Virus record (IMG/VR): IMGVR_UViG_3300029305_002828
Location: 31,278 to 95,277 of that record
Source of the DNA: a virus
Lineage: Duplodnaviria > Caudoviricetes
Strand: one strand, 5' to 3'
Length of the DNA: 64,000 bases
In this document: positions 1 through 8,825 of the stretch, piece by piece
Position numbering within the stretch: position 1 is the stretch's first letter
Layout of the letters: each line of letters opens with the position of its first letter
Notes under the pieces: model-generated
Told to the model about the DNA's origin: nothing
Database searches by the model: none
Seen by the model: only the letters and a program-made list of their open reading frames with translations
Program-made: the position numbers and the translations under genes

Positions 1-40
1 AGAAGATGTTGAATTATTAAATAACTCTGCAAAAGAGTTA

Positions 41-343
41 GTGCTTAATACTCTTCCTGATAGTTTAACTGATGATGATGGTGTACTACTAGATATCATT
101 GGTGGTCGTGATCAATTGGATACTGCTATAAAAATTATGATCGAGCAGTATGTCTATGAGTATAAAATTAAGTCAGCAAACGTAGATGTATATGGATCTT
201 CTAATACACAATCTACTGGTAGTGTACCTGTACAAGGTGGGTATGCTTATCCTACATCAAATGTGATTGCTACCTATACTAGAAAAGGTAATAAACCAGA
301 GTCAACTATGGTTAGTACTGAAACCACTGAAGCTAAAGGTTAA
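41..343 (+). CDS. Hypothetical protein, 3' part of a gene probably starting before the window
   Basis: Reading frame appears open back to the window edge; followed by a perfect palindrome/terminator. Confidence 0.55.
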   Translation: MLNTLPDSLTDDDGVLLDIIGGRDQLDTAIKIMIEQYVYEYKIKSANVDVYGSSNTQSTGSVPVQGGYAYPTSNVIATYTRKGNKPESTMVSTETTEAKG

Positions 344-346
344 CTA

Positions 347-382
347 AAATGATAGCGGAGCTAATTAGCTCCGCTATCATTT
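347..382. terminator. Perfect 36-bp palindrome, likely intrinsic terminator
   Basis: AAATGATAGCGGAGCTAATTAGCTCCGCTATCATTT directly after a stop codon. Confidence 0.7.
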
Positions 383-442
383 ATTTATTCAGGAATACCA
401 AGTTTATAATTGATTAAAATAAACAATAAAGGAGTTGATAAA

Positions 443-3259
443 ATGAAAATCGACATTCTTGATATTAATAAACTAATTGGAGTTAATAATCTACAAGAAG
501 TTACATCTCCTAGACTATTTTCAAATAAAATGATGTATGACCCACAAGGCATTTTATCTAATGATATCTTTGGTATTTCTAAAGGAGATAGGCGTGGAAC
601 ATTTGCATATGTTAATCTAAACCGTCACTTCATTCATCCTCATATCTATTCTAAGGTATTGAAGGATATGTTTAAGGGAATAATTTATATTGTATCTGGC
701 CAAAGATATTATTCCGTTAAAGATGGTAATTTAGTTGAAGATGAAGATAATGGTTGGACTGGCCTTGAAGAACTTTATAAACATTGGAATGAAATTAATT
801 GGAAGAATAAGAAGTCTGATAATGCTGTAAATAAACAGCTCTTATCTAATTTAACCAGAGATCAAGTATTCATTGATAAGATGATTATTTGTCCTCCTGC
901 ATATCGCGATGTTATGTTAGCTGGCACGGTTGACTCTTCTGACCATCTTAATGAATTAAATGATCTTTATGTAAAACTGATTCGTACTACGTCTTCTCTG
1001 AATGAGGGTGGTGTATTTGCTGCTAGACAGTATGCTACCCAAATGAAAGTTCAAGAGATTCTTGTTGATATTATGACTTACTTTAAGAATCAGATTTCTA
1101 AGAAGCAAGGTTTGATCCGCAAGAATCTTATTGGTAAGAGTGTAGACTATGGTGTACGTGCAGTTATCTCTGCTCCTACTTATAACAATAATCATATCAA
1201 TGATAATATGATTGACTTTGAGCATGTAGCATTACCAATCTCTCATTGCTGTTCTACATTCTATCCTTTCATTGAAGCGTGGTTAAAGAACTTCTTCACT
1301 AGAGAAATCATCAACGATCCGAATATGATTTCATTCTATGATTATGATCTCAAGAGAGAAATCACTGCTACATTAAAAGATCCTGATATTCAATTCTCTG
1401 AGAAGAATATCAAGAAGATGATCAATGACTATTGTTTGAACCCTGATAATAGATTTAAGGTTATCAATGTTGATGTTGAGATTCCTAATGCTAAGGGAGT
1501 CAAGATTAAGAAAGCATCTATTATCCTTAAAGGTAAAACAATGCTTGACAATAATATATCTCAGGTACTTAAAAGATCTATGACTGTCACTGATATATTA
1601 TATCTTGCATGCGTAGATGTTTGTGAAAAACGTCATGTTATGGTGTCAAGATATCCTGTTGGTACAGATAAAGGTATCTATTTCAATAAGATCAGAGTAC
1701 AGTCTACCACTCAGCATGTTAGAGTTATCTTCAATGGAAAAGAATATCCATTCTATCCTAAGATTGATTTTGATATTCCTCAGGATAAAGTTGGTGTTCA
1801 GTTCATTGATACTCTTGTAATGTCTAACTCTCACCTTGAGGGTATGGGTGCTGACTATGACGGTGACCAAGTTTCTATCCGTGGTATTTGGAGTGATGAA
1901 GCTAACCTAGAAGCAGAACAAATTATGGATCAGAAAATGTCTGTATTAAACATTACTGGCACTAATGCAATGGTAGTTGCTAAAGAAGTATTTAACTCTC
2001 TTTACGAACTTACTAAGATTGGTCCAGAACCTGGTAAACATATTTCTGATATTGATCAACGTAGATATTTAGCTTTACAACCTAATGGGATCACTCTAAG
2101 TCTATTGACTGAAATGTTTGCTGATACAGTAGATACTTCAAGTAAAGATAGAAACGTTGGTAAGCGTAAAGCTAAGCATAAAACTTGGGATATTATATCT
2201 GTACCTAAGGATCATTTCTTTGAAGGTTCTCCAGCTGTAGATCTTACAATTGGTAGATTCATCGCAAATAAATTTATGTTTGAATCTTGTGGAATTATTT
2301 CTATATTGGGGATCTTCAATAATGTAATGAATAAAGGTAGCATTGGTGCAATCGATAATTTGGTTGGTCAAATTCTCATGGAGAATAAAATTAATAAAAA
2401 GCAGTTTAATAGTTATCTTGAACATCGAGATACTTTAGGCTACTGGCTGAATGGTATGCTTGCTCATACTATTTCTGAAAGAATGTTGAAACCTCTTCCT
2501 GAGATTGAAAAGAAGAAAGCTGAACTTTGTAAAAAATATGAAAAGGAACTTGCAGAGGGTAATATTGATGTAATGACCAAGATTAGTGATGAACTGGTTG
2601 CATATGCAAAGGAAATTTTAAAAGGTGATCCTGGTATGGATCTCTATGACTCTGGTGACTTGGATTTCGGTAATAACTACAAAAACAATGCTATCTTGAA
2701 AGGTGCCGTAATCAATAAGATCACTAATGAATATGACTTTATCTCTAGCTCCTTTATGGGTGGTATTGAAATTAAAGATATACCTGCCCATGCAAACAGT
2801 ATTCTTGCAAGCCAGTATCCCGCATCTATTGCAACTGCTGCAGCTGGTTATATGGGTAAGAAACTACTTGCACTTTTACAGATGATCGAGGTAGATGAAC
2901 CTGGTACTGATTGTAGTACTAAACAATTAGTCCCAGTAAAGATTACTAAACATAACTCGAAAGATATGCTGTATACCAACATTGATAACGGAAGCGGTCA
3001 ACTGACTATGTTGACTAAAGAAAATATTAATTCTTACATAGGTCAAACTGTTAGAATGAGATCCCCAATGACTTGTGTAAATGATAAAATTTGTTCTAAA
3101 TGTGCAGGTAATCTTTTCTATATGCTTGATGTCAAACATGCAGGTCTGTTTGCTACGCAAATTTCCCACTCTGCATTAAACTTAGGACTTAAAGCAAAGC
3201 ACAATAGCTTGGTTGAACTGTTTACATTTAAACCAGAAGAACTTATTGAAGATATTTGA
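443..3259 (+). CDS. rpoC: Phage multisubunit DNA-directed RNA polymerase beta'-like subunit (N-terminus to trigger helix, catalytic)
   Basis: GILSNDIFG, CPPAYRD, KQGLIRKNLIGKSVDYGVRAVIS, SRYP, catalytic GADYDGDQV, bridge helix TAAAGYMGKKL, Zn motif RSPMTC...CSKC, trigger LNLGLKAKH; ATG 443 follows AAAGGAG. Confidence 0.93.
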   Translation: MKIDILDINKLIGVNNLQEVTSPRLFSNKMMYDPQGILSNDIFGISKGDRRGTFAYVNLNRHFIHPHIYSKVLKDMFKGIIYIVSGQRYYSVKDGNLVEDEDNGWTGLEELYKHWNEINWKNKKSDNAVNKQLLSNLTRDQVFIDKMIICPPAYRDVMLAGTVDSSDHLNELNDLYVKLIRTTSSLNEGGVFAARQYATQMKVQEILVDIMTYFKNQISKKQGLIRKNLIGKSVDYGVRAVISAPTYNNNHINDNMIDFEHVALPISHCCSTFYPFIEAWLKNFFTREIINDPNMISFYDYDLKREITATLKDPDIQFSEKNIKKMINDYCLNPDNRFKVINVDVEIPNAKGVKIKKASIILKGKTMLDNNISQVLKRSMTVTDILYLACVDVCEKRHVMVSRYPVGTDKGIYFNKIRVQSTTQHVRVIFNGKEYPFYPKIDFDIPQDKVGVQFIDTLVMSNSHLEGMGADYDGDQVSIRGIWSDEANLEAEQIMDQKMSVLNITGTNAMVVAKEVFNSLYELTKIGPEPGKHISDIDQRRYLALQPNGITLSLLTEMFADTVDTSSKDRNVGKRKAKHKTWDIISVPKDHFFEGSPAVDLTIGRFIANKFMFESCGIISILGIFNNVMNKGSIGAIDNLVGQILMENKINKKQFNSYLEHRDTLGYWLNGMLAHTISERMLKPLPEIEKKKAELCKKYEKELAEGNIDVMTKISDELVAYAKEILKGDPGMDLYDSGDLDFGNNYKNNAILKGAVINKITNEYDFISSSFMGGIEIKDIPAHANSILASQYPASIATAAAGYMGKKLLALLQMIEVDEPGTDCSTKQLVPVKITKHNSKDMLYTNIDNGSGQLTMLTKENINSYIGQTVRMRSPMTCVNDKICSKCAGNLFYMLDVKHAGLFATQISHSALNLGLKAKHNSLVELFTFKPEELIEDI

Positions 3260-3260
3260 T

Positions 3261-3270
3261 TATATATTCT
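3261..3270 (+). promoter_or_regulatory. Putative early phage promoter motif TATATATTCT
   Basis: Motif recurs at least 10 times upstream of genes on the coding strand; resembles the phiKZ early TATATTAC element. Confidence 0.55.
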
Positions 3271-3348
3271 TTAAATGAGGCACTGGGTAAATATAAAGAG
3301 CAAACCTGGTTAACTCTCTGATTAAATATTTACAAGGAGGAAGTACAC

Positions 3349-4125
3349 ATGAGTCAAGTAAAATTCAGTTCTGTGTGTCCGGAGTGCGGCAAAGATATTC
3401 TTCTATCTGCTGATATCCCCGATACATCGAAACCCTATCCGCGTGTTAGAGGAGGTCTTGAGCCAGTCGGGGATATTTTGGTTTATAGAATCTCTTCTGA
3501 ACAGATCAAGGAATTCCTTATTCAGAAGGCACGTCATTATGTTCCCGATGTAATGATGACTATCGTTCCCCGATACATCGAGAAGAAACGTCGGAACAAT
3601 AATGATCCTCATCGCTCTTATGCATCTTTCCGCATTGCATTCTCCGATCATGTAATCGAAAAGAAACAGGACCTTGGTTGGTTCGGTAGCATTGGCGAGA
3701 ATGGAAGCAATGTAAAGCTTCATGATGGTATCATGAAAGGCATGATCGACAAGTATAAGTTCAATCTCAAGAATGTTGAGGCATGGCTGAAGAGCTATAA
3801 GATTCTTGAGAACCTTGAAGATAGCCGTGGTATCACTGAGCCTTATATCAATGATATTCGTCAGTTTGCAACTCCTCGTAGGATCATTGCTGAGAATAAT
3901 GAACCTTGGATCATTTTCGCAGCTGCTGCTGAAAATATCATCAATGATATGCTAACTGATGTAAACACTGGTAAGATCAACGGTCGTATCCATATTCATG
4001 ATATTTATCCCATCTCTAATGAGATTGTTGAATTTGTCGTATACATTCATCCTTCTCAGATGAAGACTAGGGAGAATCCTCATGTACGTCAGATTCTTCT
4101 CGGTGAGAGTAAACCCAAGAAGTAA
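3349..4125 (+). CDS. Hypothetical protein with N-terminal CPECG knuckle
   Basis: 258-aa ORF, AAGGAGG RBS. Confidence 0.75.
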   Translation: MSQVKFSSVCPECGKDILLSADIPDTSKPYPRVRGGLEPVGDILVYRISSEQIKEFLIQKARHYVPDVMMTIVPRYIEKKRRNNNDPHRSYASFRIAFSDHVIEKKQDLGWFGSIGENGSNVKLHDGIMKGMIDKYKFNLKNVEAWLKSYKILENLEDSRGITEPYINDIRQFATPRRIIAENNEPWIIFAAAAENIINDMLTDVNTGKINGRIHIHDIYPISNEIVEFVVYIHPSQMKTRENPHVRQILLGESKPKK

Positions 4126-4236
4126 TATCCACAATAATCCCATAGATAAATACACGATATAACACAACAATTATATACGGCGTATTTATCTATGGGGACG
4201 CCTATAAATTATATTTATCATAGGAGGATGCTTATT

Positions 4237-4476
4237 ATGGCAACGAAAACTGGTAAGGTAAAATGGTTCGACGTTCGTAAGGGGTACGGTTATGTAACCG
4301 ATAGCGAGGGTAATGATTTCTTCTGTCATTTCTCTGGTATCACTGAAGGTCGTCATTATACTGGTCTTAAAGATGGTGATGAGATCACCTTTGAAGTTGT
4401 TCAGGGTAAGAAGGGCGATCAGGCTGGTAATGTAAAGCTTGTTGCTCCTGAAAAGACTGAGCAGGCTGACGCATAA
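4237..4476 (+). CDS. cspA: Cold-shock domain protein
   Basis: TGKVKWFDVRKGYGYV (RNP1), DFFCHFSGI (RNP2), GKKGDQAGNV; AGGAGG RBS before ATG 4237. Confidence 0.95.
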   Translation: MATKTGKVKWFDVRKGYGYVTDSEGNDFFCHFSGITEGRHYTGLKDGDEITFEVVQGKKGDQAGNVKLVAPEKTEQADA

Positions 4477-4493
4477 TCTAAACCATACTTGCT

Positions 4494-4530
4494 AAATATG
4501 AAGGAGGGATCTAATCCCTCCTTCATATTT
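4494..4530. terminator. Hairpin terminator
   Basis: AAATATGAAGGAGGGA-loop-TCCCTCCTTCATATTT followed by T-rich run. Confidence 0.7.
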
Positions 4531-4555
4531 TATTTTTATTTGGAGGATTTGAATA

Positions 4556-4786
4556 ATGAAACAAGTTATGATTGTATTTGAAATTCCTGATGATGAGATC
4601 ATTGATCAAAGTGTTGTTCCGAAACTTTCTCATTGCAGAATTAAAGAAGAAACCAAAGCAGATATGATCTGTTCTACGCCGGTAAGGATTATTGATAATC
4701 AAGAAATAGTAGGACAAGTAGTATCAATTTTATCAGCATATAATATTGATTGGAAAGCCAAAGCTTTTAGAGAAGAAGTGTTATAA
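4556..4786 (+). CDS. Hypothetical protein
   Basis: 76-aa ORF with GGAGG RBS. Confidence 0.65.
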   Translation: MKQVMIVFEIPDDEIIDQSVVPKLSHCRIKEETKADMICSTPVRIIDNQEIVGQVVSILSAYNIDWKAKAFREEVL

Positions 4787-4855
4787 CCGTATTTAATATC
4801 AACTCACTTATATATTTTAATTATAGATAATATATGAGAGAGGTTGTGTTATAAA

Positions 4856-5293
4856 ATGCCCTGTATCGCTTACTATCGTGACGGTTTCCCTGCCTATAAG
4901 GATGGTGACGAGGAGAGGTTGTTTGGTAAGGATGGTCAGAAGGTTCTGAAGATCTGCATTGATCTCTGCCATCGTTATTTCAAGCATCGTGATGATGGGT
5001 ACCCCATGGACCCTTCCATCACCAATACCCGCCGCCGTGACTATGAGACGTTCCAAGAGTGGAAAGAGGCTATGAAGCAGTGGCAGGATGAGCATCCCAA
5101 TGAGATGGCGATCTATAACGATGCTATCAATGAGTGGAATGCCAAGGATCAACGACTCCTGCGGAAGCTCTATGGGATTGCTAAACATCGGCATCTCCGA
5201 ATCGAGTGGGGAGCCCATGGGAGCTGTGTGTGCTACCCGGATCGCTTCTACATCTACCGCAAGGGCGATATCATCGCGATGGTTCAGTGCTAA
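4856..5293 (+). CDS. Hypothetical protein, GC-richer codon usage, probable early gene
   Basis: ORF downstream of TATATATT motif (4809); visibly higher GC than its flanks; start could be 4844 or 4856. Confidence 0.65.
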   Translation: MPCIAYYRDGFPAYKDGDEERLFGKDGQKVLKICIDLCHRYFKHRDDGYPMDPSITNTRRRDYETFQEWKEAMKQWQDEHPNEMAIYNDAINEWNAKDQRLLRKLYGIAKHRHLRIEWGAHGSCVCYPDRFYIYRKGDIIAMVQC

Positions 5294-5350
5294 CAACTTC
5301 AAGGGGTTCTCAGAAATGGGGCCCCTTATTTTTTACAAGGAGGAATAAAT

Positions 5351-6202
5351 ATGAGCGCAATAATGATGGATGGTAATGCATTAGCAAAAGCAATTAAAGC
5401 AGATATTGCTGAGAAAGTAAGTTCAATGTATAATAAACCTGGCCTTGCAGTAATTATGATTGGTAGTGATCCTGCTAGTAAGATTTATGTAAATGCTAAA
5501 AAGAAAGATTGTGAAGAATGTGGTATAAGGAGTTTTGATTATCCATTAGATGGACCTCAACTTGAACAACGTACCATTGAGTTGATCAGGATTCTTAATA
5601 AGGATAAGCATATTGATGGAATCTTAGTTCAACTTCCGCTTCCTCATTATATTGATACCAATAAAGTTCTATCTGCTATCATTCCAATTAAGGATGTTGA
5701 TGTGTTTACTGAAACTAATGTTGGAGCTTTAATGATTGGAAATCATGATATTGCTCCTTGTACTCCTTCTGGTATTATGGCTCTTCTTCACTCATATAAG
5801 ATTGATGTTGATGGAAAGAAATGTGTTATTGTAAATCGGTCTAATCTTATTGGAAAACCATTAGCAATGTTAATGACCCATAAGAATGCAACAGTGACAT
5901 TATGTAATAGCCATACACAGAATCTGATTGAAGAATGTAGAACTGCTGATATTCTAGTTACAGCAACTGGTGGAGGCGTAAAGGTTACTGCTGATTGGAT
6001 CAAAGAAGGAGCAGTAATTATAGATGCTTCTACTAATCGTAATGAGAACGGGAAACTTTGTGGTGATCTAATTATTGATGATGAAGTTCTTAATAAGGCT
6101 TCTTACATTACTCCTGTTCCTGGCGGTGTTGGACCAATGACTAGAGCAATGCTTATGTATAATACTCTATTTGCTGCTGTGAATTATAATGGTAAAAGAT
6201 AA
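5351..6202 (+). CDS. folD: Bifunctional methylenetetrahydrofolate dehydrogenase/cyclohydrolase
   Basis: PGLAVIMIGSDPASKIYVNAK, GILVQLPLP, KDVD, PCTPSG, RSNLIGKP, ITPVPGGVGPMTRAML. Confidence 0.96.
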   Translation: MSAIMMDGNALAKAIKADIAEKVSSMYNKPGLAVIMIGSDPASKIYVNAKKKDCEECGIRSFDYPLDGPQLEQRTIELIRILNKDKHIDGILVQLPLPHYIDTNKVLSAIIPIKDVDVFTETNVGALMIGNHDIAPCTPSGIMALLHSYKIDVDGKKCVIVNRSNLIGKPLAMLMTHKNATVTLCNSHTQNLIEECRTADILVTATGGGVKVTADWIKEGAVIIDASTNRNENGKLCGDLIIDDEVLNKASYITPVPGGVGPMTRAMLMYNTLFAAVNYNGKR

Positions 6203-6238
6203 AAAATAAGGGGAGCACCATCGCTCCCCTTATTTTTT
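6201..6238. terminator. Bidirectional terminator between convergent folD and recA-like genes
   Basis: AAAAAATAAGGGGAGC-loop-GCTCCCCTTATTTTTT; near-identical stem at 36419-36456. Confidence 0.8.
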
Positions 6239-7562
6239 AATAATCTAATCCGCGATCATCGAACTTAGCTTCCAGAGGTTCAACAAAACTTAGATGATCA
6301 TTCAAAGTAGGAACGATAAATTTATTAATATTCTCCCAAATAGGTTTCTCTTCTTTTTCCTTATAAACATCTTTCAAATTGAATGTAAATGAATCATCAC
6401 CTTTAAACTTCATTCGATTCTTATTACCTTCAATTATACCTTTATCTCTACCATACATGATGATAGTACGTAAAGGATCAAATCCATTCTTATGAGAGAA
6501 AACCATTTCAAATGAGATACCTTTAGAATTATTACCAGACTGATTAGAAGAACTCTTGATAGGTTCAACCATTACCATATGTCCAGCAAATCCATCAGAT
6601 TCTTCAGTAAAGTCATCACCAGGTTTAGCAACTAGCTTAATGATGTTGAAAGGATAGAAGATCATAGTCTTGCCACCAGGAATGATCTCATCCTGTTTTA
6701 GATAATTCTGCTGTTTAGCAACAGGAGTAAAGGCATTCATACTCATGTTAGTATTAATATGATTAATACCATAGACAATGATGTTAGCTTCTTTACAAAG
6801 TGGAATGATATCCTTAAAGAAACCTTTTAATGTTTTAGCATCACGAGCACCTTCAGTATTACTTCTCATCTTCTCTGCATCAGATGCTTCTTTAGTATTG
6901 TTAGGATTAAAGGTTTCATTCAATACAGTTGTAATAGAGTCAATGATAATGATAGTCGGCATAAATACCATAATATCTTTACCAAACTCATTCTTGGATC
7001 CACTTGGTACCATTAACTGGTCCTTTAACTTCATCTTGTTTACATAGGTCCTTACGATCATTTCCTGAATTGTATCAAGACCTACAAGACCAGTCTTAAT
7101 GAGGTATCGTTCAACTCCACCCTCTTCATTACTGAAGTACTTAGCAGGGAGTCTAGTAATATTCTCACATCTAGAAATATCAATTCTGTTTTCACAGTCA
7201 TAATGAATTACATTAGCATATGGGAACTGTCGAATGATATTACCTGCAATCTGAACAGCAAGAGTTGTCTTACCTGTACCAGAGTTACCAATAATAAGAT
7301 TGAATGTACCAGCGGCCTGACCAACTCTAGGCTCCTGTTTGATAATATTTCCTAGTTCATCATGAATGTTTACAACAGATCCGAAGTAATAGTCAAACAA
7401 ATGAAAACCAGTCTTATGAAAGGCTGTGGTAATATTTGTTTTGAACATATTCTTTTTATCGTTTTCACCTAATGCTACAAGTAGAGGATTGACGAGTTGT
7501 TTATTATCAAGCTCTGTCGCTAGCTTCTCTACAAGATCGGCGTCTTTCTTTTTTGCTGCCAT
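6237..7562 (-). CDS. recA: RecA/UvsX-like recombinase (jumbo-phage type)
   Basis: Walker A GNSGTGKTT, HYDCE, Walker B IIIIDSI, INHI, IPGGKT. Confidence 0.85.
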   Translation of the reverse strand: MAAKKKDADLVEKLATELDNKQLVNPLLVALGENDKKNMFKTNITTAFHKTGFHLFDYYFGSVVNIHDELGNIIKQEPRVGQAAGTFNLIIGNSGTGKTTLAVQIAGNIIRQFPYANVIHYDCENRIDISRCENITRLPAKYFSNEEGGVERYLIKTGLVGLDTIQEMIVRTYVNKMKLKDQLMVPSGSKNEFGKDIMVFMPTIIIIDSITTVLNETFNPNNTKEASDAEKMRSNTEGARDAKTLKGFFKDIIPLCKEANIIVYGINHINTNMSMNAFTPVAKQQNYLKQDEIIPGGKTMIFYPFNIIKLVAKPGDDFTEESDGFAGHMVMVEPIKSSSNQSGNNSKGISFEMVFSHKNGFDPLRTIIMYGRDKGIIEGNKNRMKFKGDDSFTFNLKDVYKEKEEKPIWENINKFIVPTLNDHLSFVEPLEAKFDDRGLDY

Positions 7563-7646
7563 ATAGACACTCCTCCTTATGAATATTTGAGATTAATGCT
7601 TTATATTATCGAGTTCAGAATATATCATTTTACTAAACAACTACAA

Positions 7647-7678
7647 ATATGATGGGGAGGTTAACCTCCCCATCATAT
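7647..7678. terminator. Perfect palindrome terminator
   Basis: ATATGATGGGGAGGTTAACCTCCCCATCATAT at the end of the 7678-8709 gene. Confidence 0.7.
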
Positions 7679-8709
7679 CATACACTTACTCTTGGAATAA
7701 AATTCGCTCCAAGATATACTGCTTGTTCCTTTTCTAAAATTAAGTTTCCCATTAATCCTTTAGAGAAACTAAATCCAAGTATGTTAGAATTTGTACATGG
7801 TCTGATCATCAATCTGAATTCCTCTTCAGATCTATATACATTGTCCTGATAAAACAGATGTTCAATATTATCGACAATATATGAGAATCCAGGATAACCT
7901 TTCTTTTCACCAATCACTTCTAGTTTATATTTGTTATTATGGAATGGATCAATGAAATCATCATAATCAATTAGTGATGATATACCTAATGACCATAATA
8001 CTCTCTGTACAATCTTCAACTTTTCTTGATTGTTACAAATAACACCAACTCTATTATTTGTAAATATCTTAGGAGAGTATCCCATATCAAATACACCACG
8101 AATGAATTTCTGTCTATTCTTAATAGTAGAATATACATATGAATCTGGAGTTACTGGATTTCCTTTGAATAATTGATCCCATGTAATTCTACTACCTTTA
8201 GGATCTCCAATAAATTTGAAGTATACTCGACCATCGAGACCAATAGAATCAGACGAATAATCAACACCATATTTATAGGCAAATAGTTCATTTGATCCAG
8301 AGAAATAGTACGGTAAGTTTACATGAGGATCATTAAGTGCTCCAAATGTTAATAATGCTCCAGCTAGATATGGATCTGGTGTTAGAGGTTTCTGTATGGT
8401 GGATTTAAATTCAACTGGATATTGTTTAATTTCCTTGAACAGATGATCTCTATGATTGATAGTCATCACAGATGTGATTCCATCTCCAATATATAATTGA
8501 TCCTGATCTCTAACTGAATCAGCTCTTCTATCATTATAGATAATATGATTGATGATAGTAGGAGTATTAGGAAGATCTATACCAATTACTTTCAGTAAAT
8601 TATTTGTGCCATATTCATATACATAATCACCAGGAACTACATCTTGTAATTCCAAGATGCCTCTCTGTGTTAATATATTTATAGGATAATATGAGTTAGT
8701 ACTAAACAT
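7678..8709 (-). CDS. Free-standing degenerate intein (Hint + LAGLIDADG endonuclease-like) protein
   Basis: ILTQRGILELQDVVPGDYVY (Hint block A-like), PDPYLAGALLTFG (block C), YSTIKNRQKFIRGVFDMG (block E), VQRVLWSLGI (block H), AVYLGANFIP (block F/G-like); no Cys1 and no terminal His-Asn. Confidence 0.7.
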   Translation of the reverse strand: MFSTNSYYPINILTQRGILELQDVVPGDYVYEYGTNNLLKVIGIDLPNTPTIINHIIYNDRRADSVRDQDQLYIGDGITSVMTINHRDHLFKEIKQYPVEFKSTIQKPLTPDPYLAGALLTFGALNDPHVNLPYYFSGSNELFAYKYGVDYSSDSIGLDGRVYFKFIGDPKGSRITWDQLFKGNPVTPDSYVYSTIKNRQKFIRGVFDMGYSPKIFTNNRVGVICNNQEKLKIVQRVLWSLGISSLIDYDDFIDPFHNNKYKLEVIGEKKGYPGFSYIVDNIEHLFYQDNVYRSEEEFRLMIRPCTNSNILGFSFSKGLMGNLILEKEQAVYLGANFIPRVSV

Positions 8710-8825
8710 ATTTTACACCTCCAAAAATATTATTCTATTGAATATTGGTCCAAATATTATCCATAGATTATTCTAAACAAGCCTATTAAAGTGGGAAAAA
8801 GAACTTATTAAGGAGGAATCTCGTT

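Noticed and set aside
443-3259. Group I introns or inteins in the RNAP genes (common in AR9-like phages)
   Set aside because: Both RNAP ORFs run continuously through their conserved motifs with no large insertions
4817-5302. 161-aa minus-strand ORF
   Set aside because: Antisense shadow of the GC-rich plus-strand gene, which has the promoter motif and operon context
6237-8709. Intein inserted in recA, or a split intein trans-splicing with it
   Set aside because: The recA ORF is complete and carries no Hint fragment; the intein-like ORF is separately initiated and terminated and lacks splicing residues
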